64,000 bases of DNA from Saprospiraceae bacterium (GCA_027486765.1 JAIXOO010000063.1:12890-76889); one strand, 5' to 3'; positions 26,712 to 35,974 are shown, counted from the stretch's first letter. Made by a program: numbers and translations. Notes: generated by a model not told the origin, from the sequence alone.

Positions 26712-27719
26712 ATGAAAACAACAGGTCTTACCCTCGGCAAATACGCCCCTTTTCATCACGGGCACCAATACGTCATCGAAACGGCCCTCACCGAGGTCGA
26801 CGAAATGGTGGTTTTGATTTACGATACCAATGTCAGCACCATTCCGCTGAGTGTACGCGCGAACTGGATTCGTAGCTTATATCCACAAGTAACCGTGCTG
26901 GAGGGTTGGGATGGGCCAGAAGGTTATTCCAGCGAGCGCGCATTTGAAATTTTGCAGGAGCAATACATTATCAAAATGCTCGATGGGCGGCGCATCACCC
27001 ATTTTTACAGCAGTGAATTTTATGGGGATCATGTCAGTAAGGCATTGGGAGCCGTGGATCGGCGCTTGGATGAAGCCCGCCAAACCGTACCCATCTCCGC
27101 CACCATGATTCGGGAAAATCCACTGCAGTACCGCGAATTTATTGCGGACATCGTTTACAAAGACCTGATTACCAAAGTCGTTTTTGTCGGTGCCATGTCC
27201 ACCGGAAAATCGACCCTTGCCGAGGCATTGGCCAAAAAATACCAAACTACATTTGCGCCGGAATACGGTCGCGAATATTGGACCCTGCACCAGGTCAACC
27301 GGCGCATCAGTTTTGAAGCTTTTGATGAGATTGCCATTGGCCATCTGGAACGAGAAGAAATTGCTTTATTGCAGGCCAATCGTTACTTATTTGTGGATAC
27401 CAATGCGATTACCACCTATATGTATGCAAAGGATTATCACGGCAAAGCGCCGCAACTATTGACACAAATGGCCTTGGAGAATGCCCAGCGCTACGACCTC
27501 TTTTTCCTTTGTGACGTGGATATTCCTTACGACGACACTTGGGATCGCAGTGGCGATCAAAAACGCCAGGTTTTCCAAAAACAGATCATCGCGGATTTAC
27601 ACGAGCGTCGTATTCCCTACATTACGCTACGAGGCACCCTGTCCGAACGAATGGATCAGGTAACCACTGTGCTGGCCGATTTTGTGAAATTTAGCAACTA
27701 TTTCGGGAAACAGATTTAA
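26712..27719 (+). CDS. nadR: NadR-like NMN adenylyltransferase / ribosylnicotinamide kinase without an HTH domain
   Basis: GKYAPFHHGH (HxGH), P-loop GAMSTGKS, EYGREY, FVDT; adjacent to pnuC. ATG at 26712. Confidence 0.85.
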   Translation: MKTTGLTLGKYAPFHHGHQYVIETALTEVDEMVVLIYDTNVSTIPLSVRANWIRSLYPQVTVLEGWDGPEGYSSERAFEILQEQYIIKMLDGRRITHFYSSEFYGDHVSKALGAVDRRLDEARQTVPISATMIRENPLQYREFIADIVYKDLITKVVFVGAMSTGKSTLAEALAKKYQTTFAPEYGREYWTLHQVNRRISFEAFDEIAIGHLEREEIALLQANRYLFVDTNAITTYMYAKDYHGKAPQLLTQMALENAQRYDLFFLCDVDIPYDDTWDRSGDQKRQVFQKQIIADLHERRIPYITLRGTLSERMDQVTTVLADFVKFSNYFGKQI

Positions 27720-28444
27720 AATTCTGGTTTATTCAAAAACGCATCCATCCAGGTCTCCGGAATTTCATCGATGCTGTTTTTTAGTTTATTCGCCCACATT
27801 TGGCCAATTTGCGCGGTATCTTTTTCTTCCAGGCGATGTTGTTCCAATTTGTAAGAGTCGCGCGGATAAAGCGCCACATCGATCGGATACCCCACATCGT
27901 TGGCGCTGACGCGGGTGGAGTCGAAGGATAAAAACCCAGTTTTGAAGGCAAAGCGCAGGCTGGACTCATAGGTCAGCGCTCGATTGAGAATGGGTTTGCC
28001 ATAACCTGAATTGCCGATGATCGTAAAGGGAGAGCCCTCCCCTACTTCGATCCAGTTGCCTTCGGGGTAAAGCAGGTAAAGTTTGTGCTCTTTGTCGTTT
28101 TCCAATTGCCCACCTACGATGGCGTACAGATTAAAAAACAAACCCGATTCCGCCAGGGATTTTTTATCTTCCTGCGCTACCCTCCGCAATTGGTCGCCAA
28201 ACATATTGACGGCCTTGTACATTTTATCAAACTTAAATGACTCATCTTCAAATAGTTCCTCGAAGTAGGTCACAGCCTTGTCCCGAATGGAACGCAAGCC
28301 TGAAGTCATCAAAAAAAGGCTGTTGTGCCCGCTCTCGTGGACTGATATTTTTTTGGCGGTTGCAGTTTCAGTACCTGAAGTGATCCGTGTATCGGCAATG
28401 GCCACCAGGCCACTCCGTACTTTAATGCCAAGACAATAGGTCAT
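27716..28444 (-). CDS. Proteasome-type Ntn protease (Anbu-like)
   Basis: N-terminal M-TYCLG...ADTRITSG with the Thr nucleophile; LYLLYPEGNWIE; GYGKPILNR. Confidence 0.9.
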   Translation of the reverse strand: MTYCLGIKVRSGLVAIADTRITSGTETATAKKISVHESGHNSLFLMTSGLRSIRDKAVTYFEELFEDESFKFDKMYKAVNMFGDQLRRVAQEDKKSLAESGLFFNLYAIVGGQLENDKEHKLYLLYPEGNWIEVGEGSPFTIIGNSGYGKPILNRALTYESSLRFAFKTGFLSFDSTRVSANDVGYPIDVALYPRDSYKLEQHRLEEKDTAQIGQMWANKLKNSIDEIPETWMDAFLNKPEF

Positions 28445-28515
28445 TTTTCGTTTTGTTGTGTCCTGTAATCCCGTGGGAGAAGTCCCAGATTACAGAGTTG
28501 TGCTTGTTTTATACA

Positions 28516-28539
28516 CCCACGAATAAATTCGTGGGCTAC
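28516..28539 (-). repeat. GTAG-type REP-like palindrome
   Basis: Minus strand reads GTAG-CCCACGAATTTATTCGTGGG; the TAG is the stop codon of the transglutaminase gene. Confidence 0.8.
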
Positions 28540-29420
28540 TGTTGTTGTTGTTGCTGCTGCAAAAACCAGTTGTAATCCTTGCTGTTGCGCACCGACACTT
28601 CATAAGAAGTTTTGTGATCTCCGTCGGTGACCAGTACCCCTTTGATGGGTTGGCAATCGAGGTAATCTCGTCCATGGGCAATTTTGATGAAGTGGTCGTT
28701 TTCTTGCAGGTTGTTGGTGGGGTCGAAGCCACGCCAACCTAATTTGGGAATAAACACCTCCACCCAGGCGTGTAATTGGGAATCTCGATTGTCGCTCAAA
28801 CTCAGGTAACCGGATACGTAGCGGGTTGGAATGTTTTGTTGCCGCAAAATCCCAATCATGATGTGCGCAAAATCCTGGCAAACCCCGCTGCCTCCTTGCA
28901 ATGCTACTTTTGCGCTGGTGCCTGTATTGGTAGAGCCTTGCACATATCGCAACATGCCGTGAACCGCCGAATTGAGTCGCAACAAATACATCCCTACCGT
29001 TTCTTCCTTTTGGCGCAACAAATCTAGGTAAAAATCACCGGGTTTGAGACTACTCAGGGCAGTACTTTGTAAAAAAGACTGGTGATCCATCTGAAAATCA
29101 ATGTCTTCCAGGATTGAGTTTTCTTCCTCCAGGCTCAAATCAGTAACCACATTCAAGGTCGGCTGATTTTTGGCTACCTGTGCCAGCAAACTCACCGAGA
29201 AAAAATCAAAAGTATCTGCATTGGAATGAAAATGATAAGTGATAAACCCATACTTGTTGCGCGCAGTAAAGGGTTCACGAGGCATAGAATGCAACAATCG
29301 GTGATGTTTGACCATTTGTGATTCATTTTCACAAGGGATAATCAAAAACTCGTAAGCGCCTTGCTTAACGGATTTTTCATATTCGGTCACCGTGCGGTAT
29401 TCAATTACGTAATCGGTCAT
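28536..29420 (-). CDS. Transglutaminase-like protein with a C-terminal Q7 tail
   Basis: GVCQDFAH, LHAWVEV and FDPTN catalytic triad motifs. Confidence 0.92.
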   Translation of the reverse strand: MTDYVIEYRTVTEYEKSVKQGAYEFLIIPCENESQMVKHHRLLHSMPREPFTARNKYGFITYHFHSNADTFDFFSVSLLAQVAKNQPTLNVVTDLSLEEENSILEDIDFQMDHQSFLQSTALSSLKPGDFYLDLLRQKEETVGMYLLRLNSAVHGMLRYVQGSTNTGTSAKVALQGGSGVCQDFAHIMIGILRQQNIPTRYVSGYLSLSDNRDSQLHAWVEVFIPKLGWRGFDPTNNLQENDHFIKIAHGRDYLDCQPIKGVLVTDGDHKTSYEVSVRNSKDYNWFLQQQQQQQ

Positions 29421-29435
29421 AAGTCGGGAATAAGC

Positions 29436-30371
29436 TTACACATGAAAATAATCCTTCTCTAATGTATCGTGTATTTCATAAACACAGTTCAGGGTTTCGG
29501 TAACGAAAGCCCCTACTTCATTTTCAATTTCGGAAAACAACAAGTATTGGTACTTCGCGCAAAGGCGACCGACTTTGAATCCCACACTTTCCGGTGTCTT
29601 TTCATTCAAGCCCAGTTTGCGCAGGAAAAACTGAATCTGACGCAAATTGAACGCCAGGGAGCGTGGAAAATCAGCATTCAGAATCAAAAATTCCAGCGAT
29701 TTTTGCCGATCGGGTGCCGCTTTGTAATGATGCCGATTCATGTCAAAACTTTCCAATAACTTCAGCAGTACGGTGTACTGATAGTTTTCCACGGGCATGT
29801 CTTCCTTGCCATTGGTCAGTGAATAGATGTCGTACAACTTGCAGCTGATGATCCGGGCAATCTGAGCCGTACGCTCCAGGTGTACCCCCAGGCGGATCAG
29901 CGCCCAAACGTCATTGTGGGTCAAAGTACTGTCCACGTAGCCCCGAATGACCGAACAATTCTCGCCGGCGGCCAAGGTAAAGTCGTACAAACCCCGGGTT
30001 TTGAAATAGGCCACAGGATAGTTGTTGACGTAGTGGTAGTACTTGTTGATGACTTCCCAAAGCTCGGTGGATATGACATTGCGCATGCCGCGTGCATTCT
30101 CCCGGGCAAAAGTAATCGTCGAAAGGATCGACATGGGGTTGTTGCTGTCCAGCGCTACATTGAACAATATTTCAGCCTCATCCAGCTCACTGCCTTCTTC
30201 CCAGGGCACCCCGGCCATGTTCACGATGGAGTTGAGTACAAAATGGCGATTTTGACTCATGGGGGCATCCTGGGTGGTGAAGTATTGGACGCGCAGGTAA
30301 CGGGCCAGGTGCTCGGTTCTTTCGAGGTAGCGGCCCATCCAGTATAAGGTGTTGGCGATTCTTGCTAACAT
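29436..30371 (-). CDS. Alpha-E domain protein (DUF403-like)
   Basis: MLARIANTLYWMGRYLERTEH, ARENAR, LERTAQIAR and FPRSL. ATG at 30371; the ORF-track start at 30425 lies in REP sequence. Confidence 0.93.
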   Translation of the reverse strand: MLARIANTLYWMGRYLERTEHLARYLRVQYFTTQDAPMSQNRHFVLNSIVNMAGVPWEEGSELDEAEILFNVALDSNNPMSILSTITFARENARGMRNVISTELWEVINKYYHYVNNYPVAYFKTRGLYDFTLAAGENCSVIRGYVDSTLTHNDVWALIRLGVHLERTAQIARIISCKLYDIYSLTNGKEDMPVENYQYTVLLKLLESFDMNRHHYKAAPDRQKSLEFLILNADFPRSLAFNLRQIQFFLRKLGLNEKTPESVGFKVGRLCAKYQYLLFSEIENEVGAFVTETLNCVYEIHDTLEKDYFHV

Positions 30372-30384
30372 GGTTTTGTGTACA

Positions 30385-30466
30385 CCACGACCCTGCCGTG
30401 GGTTGTCTCCCACGGCTAAAGCCATGGGTTAGTTTTTTATGTCGCTCCCACGGCTAAAGCCATGGG
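30385..30466. repeat. Cluster of three REP-like palindromes
   Basis: CCACGACCCTGCCGTGG (30385-30401) and two identical CCCACGGCTAAAGCCATGGG copies (30409-30428, 30447-30466). Confidence 0.85.
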
Positions 30467-30516
30467 TTGCGGATGCTGCTATTTTGTTTTGAAACCAGAA
30501 GATTTCAGTGTCCCTT

Positions 30517-30580
30517 TTGAACCCTGGAACCTTGGAACCCTGGAACCCTGGAACCCTGGAACTTTGGAACCCTGGAACCC
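30517..30580. repeat. Tandem array of eight TGGAACCC-type 8-mers
   Basis: Units counted directly; same unit as the arrays at 20035..20115. Confidence 0.92.
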
Positions 30581-32041
30581 TTAAACAGTGACCCAAGTAT
30601 CCTTCGATCCTCCCCCTTGAGAAGAGTTGACGATCAGGCTGCCCTCTTTTAAGGCTACCCGTGAAAGTCCTCCCGGCAGTACATACGGCCGTTCTTTGCC
30701 CATCAAGGTAAAGGTGCGCAAGTCGATGTGCCGAGGTTCAAATTCTCCCTTTTTCTCGATGTATGTGGAATGCACCGAGAGCGACATCCGTGGCTGGGCG
30801 ATGTAATTGCGCGGATCGGCTTGAATGTATAACTTCACTTCTTCCAGTTCAGCCTTACTCAAGCGATCACAAATCATTACCCCGTAGCCACCCGACATGT
30901 CGACGGGTTTGATCACCAGTTCCTGAATGTGTTCCAGCACATATTTCAAATCATCCTCTCGCTCACACAGATAAGTAGGCACATTGGGGATGATGGGTTC
31001 TTCATCCAGATAGTATCGAATCATGTCGGGTACATACGAGCAAACTGCTTTGTCGTCGGCCACTCCTGTTCCAGGCGCATTCACAATGGTGATGTTGCCT
31101 GCCCGGTAAGCCCCCATGATACCGGCTACGCCCAGCATGGATTCGGGACGAAAAACCAGCGGATCGAGGAAGGCGTCGTCGATGCGGCGGTAGATTACAT
31201 CCACCCTTTTCGGACCGTGGATCGTACGCATGTAGACGTAATTGTTTTCTACAAAAAGGTCACGTCCTTCTACCAATTCAATACCCATCGTTTGGGCTAA
31301 AAAGGAATGTTCGTAGTAGGCAGAATTGTAGGTACCGGGAGTCAGCAGTGCACAAGTAGGCCGTTCTTCGGTGTTGGGGGCGACCGATTGTAAAGTCGCC
31401 AGCAATTCAGCAGGGTACTCGTTCACTGAGCATACACTGGACCAGCGGAAGGCATTGGACAGCGTGCGTTTCATCGCATCCCGGTTGGAAAGCACATAAC
31501 TCACTCCCGAAGGACTGCGCAGGTTGTCTTCCAAAACATAATAACGGCCATCACTGTGCCGAATCAGATCGGTTCCACTGATGTGACAATAAATGTCATT
31601 TTTAGGCCTGATGCTTTTCATCTCTTCGCTGTAGTGCGGCGAAGAAAAAATAAGTGCCGAAGGAACAATTTTATCCTTCAGAATTTTGCGCTCACCATAA
31701 ACATCTTTAATAAATAGGTTTAGGGCAAGATTGCGTTGAATGAGCCCCTTCTCCAGCATCTCCCAATCCGCAGCTGGAATGACACGAGGAAAGAGATCAA
31801 AGGGAAAAATTTGCTCAGCTCCCTTGTGCCCATCCGAATACACCGCATAAGTGATGCCTTGGTTGAGAAAGGATAGTTTGGCGTACTCGTTCAAACGCTC
31901 AAAATCAGCACTGGTCAATCGGCTAAATTGTCGGTGAATGTCCTCATAATGGGGGTACACCTGTCCATCTTGGCGAAACACTTCATCGAAGAAGGCTGCA
32001 TTGAGTGGATAGTGTTGAAATAAGTTACTCGTTGTGGTCAT
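30581..32041 (-). CDS. Circularly permuted type 2 ATP-grasp protein
   Basis: PFDLFPR, VLEDNLRSPSGVSY, IYRRIDD, IKPVDMSGGYG and VNSSQGGGSKDTW. Confidence 0.95.
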   Translation of the reverse strand: MTTTSNLFQHYPLNAAFFDEVFRQDGQVYPHYEDIHRQFSRLTSADFERLNEYAKLSFLNQGITYAVYSDGHKGAEQIFPFDLFPRVIPAADWEMLEKGLIQRNLALNLFIKDVYGERKILKDKIVPSALIFSSPHYSEEMKSIRPKNDIYCHISGTDLIRHSDGRYYVLEDNLRSPSGVSYVLSNRDAMKRTLSNAFRWSSVCSVNEYPAELLATLQSVAPNTEERPTCALLTPGTYNSAYYEHSFLAQTMGIELVEGRDLFVENNYVYMRTIHGPKRVDVIYRRIDDAFLDPLVFRPESMLGVAGIMGAYRAGNITIVNAPGTGVADDKAVCSYVPDMIRYYLDEEPIIPNVPTYLCEREDDLKYVLEHIQELVIKPVDMSGGYGVMICDRLSKAELEEVKLYIQADPRNYIAQPRMSLSVHSTYIEKKGEFEPRHIDLRTFTLMGKERPYVLPGGLSRVALKEGSLIVNSSQGGGSKDTWVTV

Positions 32042-32091
32042 GAAGCATACGATTTTGACAAGCGCTGTTGTAAATAAAAAATCGTTTCGAC

Positions 32092-32121
32092 CAAAAATAG
32101 CTTATTTTTACAAAAAATCAA
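32092..32121 (-). promoter_or_regulatory. Promoter of the ATP-grasp operon
   Basis: Minus-strand TTG (32119-32121), 19-nt spacer, TATTTTTG (32092-32099). Confidence 0.55.
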
Positions 32122-32359
32122 TAAATTGCCAAAATAATTGCGGAGATCGCAAAATGAGGGCACAAAAATTTGACAATTGTCAACACTGTGCTTATCAAGA
32201 CTTTCCGTATTTTGTACGCTAAAATCTTTTTTTTCCAAATATCCGGGAAAAATTTGAGCAAATGACGCAGCTTTATTTTTAACTCCGGCATTTTCAATGT
32301 TGTTCGCAAGTGTTTGAATTTAATTGCTCGATTTTACCATAGCCCGAAAATTTTTCACC

Positions 32360-35300
32360 ATGGCCATTAAAGTAGCGATCCGCCACAGCACCCATTACGA
32401 GTACGACCGATTGGTTAAACTTTGGCCCCAAACCATCCGCCTGCGCCCTGCGGTACATTCCCGCACCGAAATTGCAGCCTATTCGATGAAAATCAGCCCG
32501 GAGCCGCATTTCGTCAATTGGCAGCAAGATCCCTTCGGCAATTTTATGGCCCGGGTAGTTTTCCCAGATCGGGTCAAGGAGTTTAAAGTCGATGTGGAGG
32601 TGATTGCGGAATTGCGCGCCATCAACCCCTTCGACTTCTTTTTGGAAGAATACGCCGAGAAATTTCCCTTTCAATACGATACCCAACTGCTTAAAGAACT
32701 GGCGCCTTACCTGGAGGTGACTGAACGTGGGCCGCTATTAATGCAGTTCATAGAGGAATGTAAACCCTACCTCAACGACATCACCGTTAATTTTCTGGTC
32801 AACGTCAATCAGCATTTAAACAAACTGGTCAACTATACCATCCGGCTGGAAACGGGGGTGCAGAGTTGTGAAGAAACCCTGAGTAAAGCCCTGGGCTCTT
32901 GCCGCGATTCGGGCTGGGTGCTGGTGCAGGCGTTTCGGCATTTTGGTTTGGCGGCCCGTTTTGTATCCGGTTATCTGGTTCAACTCAAAGCCGATCAAAA
33001 AGCCCTCGATGGCCCCTCCGGCCCCGAGGCAGATTTTACCGACCTCCACGCCTGGGCCGAAGTATTCATCCCTGGTGCGGGTTGGGTTGGGCTGGATGCC
33101 ACCTCGGGCTTGTTGGCTGAGGCGGGCCATATCCCGCTGGCTTGTACGCCTGACCCAGGCAGCGCTGCGCCGATTACGGGAGGTTTGGAACCTTGTCAAA
33201 CCATTTTTCATTACAGCAATACCGTGGAGCGCATCCACGAAGATCCACGGGTCACCAAACCTTACAGTGACGCGGAGTGGGCTCAGGTTATCGCTCTTGG
33301 CCACGCTGTAGATCAGGAGTTGTTGAAAGATGACGTACGCCTGAGTATGGGTGGCGAGCCGACCTTCGTTTCTATTGACGATATGGAATCCGAGCAATGG
33401 AATGGCGCTGCCGATGGCCCACTCAAGCGCAAACTCGGCAACGACCTGGCCCACAAACTCAAAGATATTTTTGGCAAAGGGGGCTTCATCCATTATGGCA
33501 TGGGCAAATGGTACCCGGGTGAACCAATCCCCCGTTGGGCCTACACCTTGTTCTGGCGCAAAGACGGCCAAACCATGTGGCGCAACCCCCAATGGCTGGC
33601 AGACATTACTGGCGAGTACAAATTTGACCATACCCACGCCGAAGCTTTCATCGTCGAAATGGCCAAATACCTGGGCGTAAATCCGGCCAATCGCTGCCCG
33701 GCTTACGAAGACCTTGTTTATTTCCTCTGGGAAGAAGGAAACTTGCCGGACAACGTCGATCCGCTTAAAATCAACATGCGGGACACCATCGAGCGGCGTA
33801 CCCTGATGGAACTGCTCGACCGCGGGCCAAACAACCCTAGTGGATTTGCACTTCCCTTAGCATGGAACCGCGATACCGAACATTGGTGGAGTTGTGCCTG
33901 GAAATTCAGCCGCAAGCACCTGTTTTTGTTGCCGGGTAATTCCCCGATGGGCTTGCGAATTCCCCTCGATCGTTTGCCAGAACTCACCGCTGAACAACAG
34001 GAAGAGCCCATCGAACGCAGCCCATTTGAGGAGGTAGGTACCCTTTTGCAATACCATGATAAAGTGGCGGATCGCTACCATCTCCCCGCAGATGAGCGGA
34101 TACCCGAGCGCATGAGCAATCCCAAGGTATACAAAGCAGAGGAGGTAGATGAAGAGGAAGCCAAGCTCAAAGACCCACTTTACCTCATCAAAAAGAAAAA
34201 GGAGCTGGCCGAAAAAGACGATTATCGTCCCGAAAAATTGATGATCACCATCAAAACGGCCCTGTGTGTGGAAGCTCGGGAAGGGAAAATCTATGTCTTT
34301 ATGCCTCCCTGTGAACTCATCGAGCATTACCTGGAACTGCTAGCGGCAGTGGAGGCAGCGGCGATACGTTTGCAAATTCCGATCATCATTGAGGGTTACG
34401 AGCCGCCCCGCGACAATCGAATTGAAAAACTAGCCGTGACGCCCGACCCTGGCGTAGTAGAAATCAACATCCAGCCCGCCAAGTCCTGGAGTGAGGTGCT
34501 GTTCAATTACGAGCAATTGTTTGAAGCAGCCCGGCAAAGCCGTCTGGGGGCAGAGAAATTTATGCTGGATGGCAAACACACGGGCACTGGGGGTGGAAAT
34601 CACATCACCATTGGAGGCCTTTCACCGGCCGATAGTCCCATTTTGCGGCGTCCTGATTTGCTGCGCAGCTTGATCTGTTTTTGGCAAAACCATCCGGGTT
34701 TGAGCTACCTTTTTTCCACAGCATTTATTGGAGCCACCAGTCAGGCACCCCGGGTGGATGAAGGGCGGGCAGAAATGTTGTACGAACTGGAGATTGCGTT
34801 CAGCCAGATCCCTGAGCCGGGCGAAGACAATCTCCCCTTTTGGTTGACCGACCGCATTTTCCGCAACCTCTTGGTCGACATCACGGGCAATACCCACCGC
34901 GCTGAATTTTGCATCGATAAATTGTATCGCCCCGATTCTTCTTCCGGGCGACTGGGTCTGTTGGAACTCCGCGCTTTTGATATGCCACCGAGTAAGGAAA
35001 TGTGCCTGGTGCAGCTCCTGCTCATCCGCACCTTGATTGCCTGGTTCTGGAAAAAACCTTATCGCCAAAGACTGGTGCGTTGGGGAACCGAACTCCACGA
35101 TAAATACCTCCTGCACCACTACGTGCGCGAGGACTTGCGCGATGTGTGCACCCAAATGCAGGCAGCGGGCTTCCCCTTCAAAATGGAGTGGTTGGAGCCT
35201 TTCTTTGAATTCCGCTTCCCTTTCCTGGGTCGTGTCCAGGTAGGTGATGTACAAATGGTGCTGCGCAGCGGCATCGAGCCCTGGAATGTACTGGGTGAAG

Positions 35301-35830
35301 AGATGAGCAACTCGGGTACCGCCCGCTTTGTAGATTCTTCGGTCGAACGCCTAGAAGTAAAGGTAACGGGTATCAATGCTGAACGGTATTGGTTGTTGTG
35401 CAATGGGGTACGCTTGCCTTTGCGCAGTACGGGCATCAATGGAGAATATGTGTCGGGGATTCGATACAAAGCCTGGGCGCCGCCGAGTGCTTTGCACCCT
35501 ACCGTAGCAGTGGACGTGCCCCTGGTTATCGACGTGTACGACACCTGGAACAAACGCTCCATCGGCGGCTGTACCTACCATGTAGCGCACCCAGGTGGCC
35601 GGGCTTACGAGACTTATCCCGTGAACAGCTTCGAAGCGGAGGGCCGCCGGATCAGCCGTTTCTGGGATTATGGGCATACACAAACCACCTTGACGGTTGC
35701 TCCGCCGAGTGAAGAAACAGAAGTGGTACGGGAAACCAGGGTGTTTGGAGAGCGGGAGGTGGAAATGCCCCTGGAGGTGCCGATGGCGGCAGAGAGTGGT
35801 TGGTGTTTGGATCTGCGCAGAAAACGCTAA
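32360..35830 (+). CDS. Large transglutaminase-like protein with DUF2126 domain
   Basis: QQDPFGN, GSCRDSG, DLHAWAEV, MGGEPTFVS, GTGGGNH and NTHRAEFCIDK. ATG at 32360. Confidence 0.95.
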   Translation: MAIKVAIRHSTHYEYDRLVKLWPQTIRLRPAVHSRTEIAAYSMKISPEPHFVNWQQDPFGNFMARVVFPDRVKEFKVDVEVIAELRAINPFDFFLEEYAEKFPFQYDTQLLKELAPYLEVTERGPLLMQFIEECKPYLNDITVNFLVNVNQHLNKLVNYTIRLETGVQSCEETLSKALGSCRDSGWVLVQAFRHFGLAARFVSGYLVQLKADQKALDGPSGPEADFTDLHAWAEVFIPGAGWVGLDATSGLLAEAGHIPLACTPDPGSAAPITGGLEPCQTIFHYSNTVERIHEDPRVTKPYSDAEWAQVIALGHAVDQELLKDDVRLSMGGEPTFVSIDDMESEQWNGAADGPLKRKLGNDLAHKLKDIFGKGGFIHYGMGKWYPGEPIPRWAYTLFWRKDGQTMWRNPQWLADITGEYKFDHTHAEAFIVEMAKYLGVNPANRCPAYEDLVYFLWEEGNLPDNVDPLKINMRDTIERRTLMELLDRGPNNPSGFALPLAWNRDTEHWWSCAWKFSRKHLFLLPGNSPMGLRIPLDRLPELTAEQQEEPIERSPFEEVGTLLQYHDKVADRYHLPADERIPERMSNPKVYKAEEVDEEEAKLKDPLYLIKKKKELAEKDDYRPEKLMITIKTALCVEAREGKIYVFMPPCELIEHYLELLAAVEAAAIRLQIPIIIEGYEPPRDNRIEKLAVTPDPGVVEINIQPAKSWSEVLFNYEQLFEAARQSRLGAEKFMLDGKHTGTGGGNHITIGGLSPADSPILRRPDLLRSLICFWQNHPGLSYLFSTAFIGATSQAPRVDEGRAEMLYELEIAFSQIPEPGEDNLPFWLTDRIFRNLLVDITGNTHRAEFCIDKLYRPDSSSGRLGLLELRAFDMPPSKEMCLVQLLLIRTLIAWFWKKPYRQRLVRWGTELHDKYLLHHYVREDLRDVCTQMQAAGFPFKMEWLEPFFEFRFPFLGRVQVGDVQMVLRSGIEPWNVLGEEMSNSGTARFVDSSVERLEVKVTGINAERYWLLCNGVRLPLRSTGINGEYVSGIRYKAWAPPSALHPTVAVDVPLVIDVYDTWNKRSIGGCTYHVAHPGGRAYETYPVNSFEAEGRRISRFWDYGHTQTTLTVAPPSEETEVVRETRVFGEREVEMPLEVPMAAESGWCLDLRRKR

Positions 35831-35895
35831 TGTTCGTGGCAGCCCTTGGTGGCTGCTCAATTATTTTTTTAAAATTCGGCTATGGTTTACATAAA

Positions 35896-35959
35896 AATAG
35901 TCCGTGCATTTCAGGAGCTGAGGTCGAAGGCCTTAGCACCTGAAATTCCACGGACTATT
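35896..35959. terminator. Long hairpin between convergent genes
   Basis: AATAGTCCGTG/CACGGACTATT outer stem with an ATTTCAGG/CCTGAAAT inner stem. Confidence 0.65.
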
Positions 35960-35974
35960 GATCTTAAGGAAGAG

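Noticed and set aside
30517-30580. Tandem array considered as a CRISPR array
   Set aside because: The 8-nt units are contiguous with no unique spacers, and there are no cas genes in the window.
32038-32309. Small ORFs in the divergent intergenic region
   Set aside because: They overlap promoter elements and each other, and have low-complexity, AT-driven composition.
1957-35860. Many long antisense or alternate-frame ORFs (e.g. 1957..2493, 6623..7537, 23756..24481, 32816..33637)
   Set aside because: They lie wholly within well-supported genes, have no recognisable motifs, and are expected shadows of codon bias.
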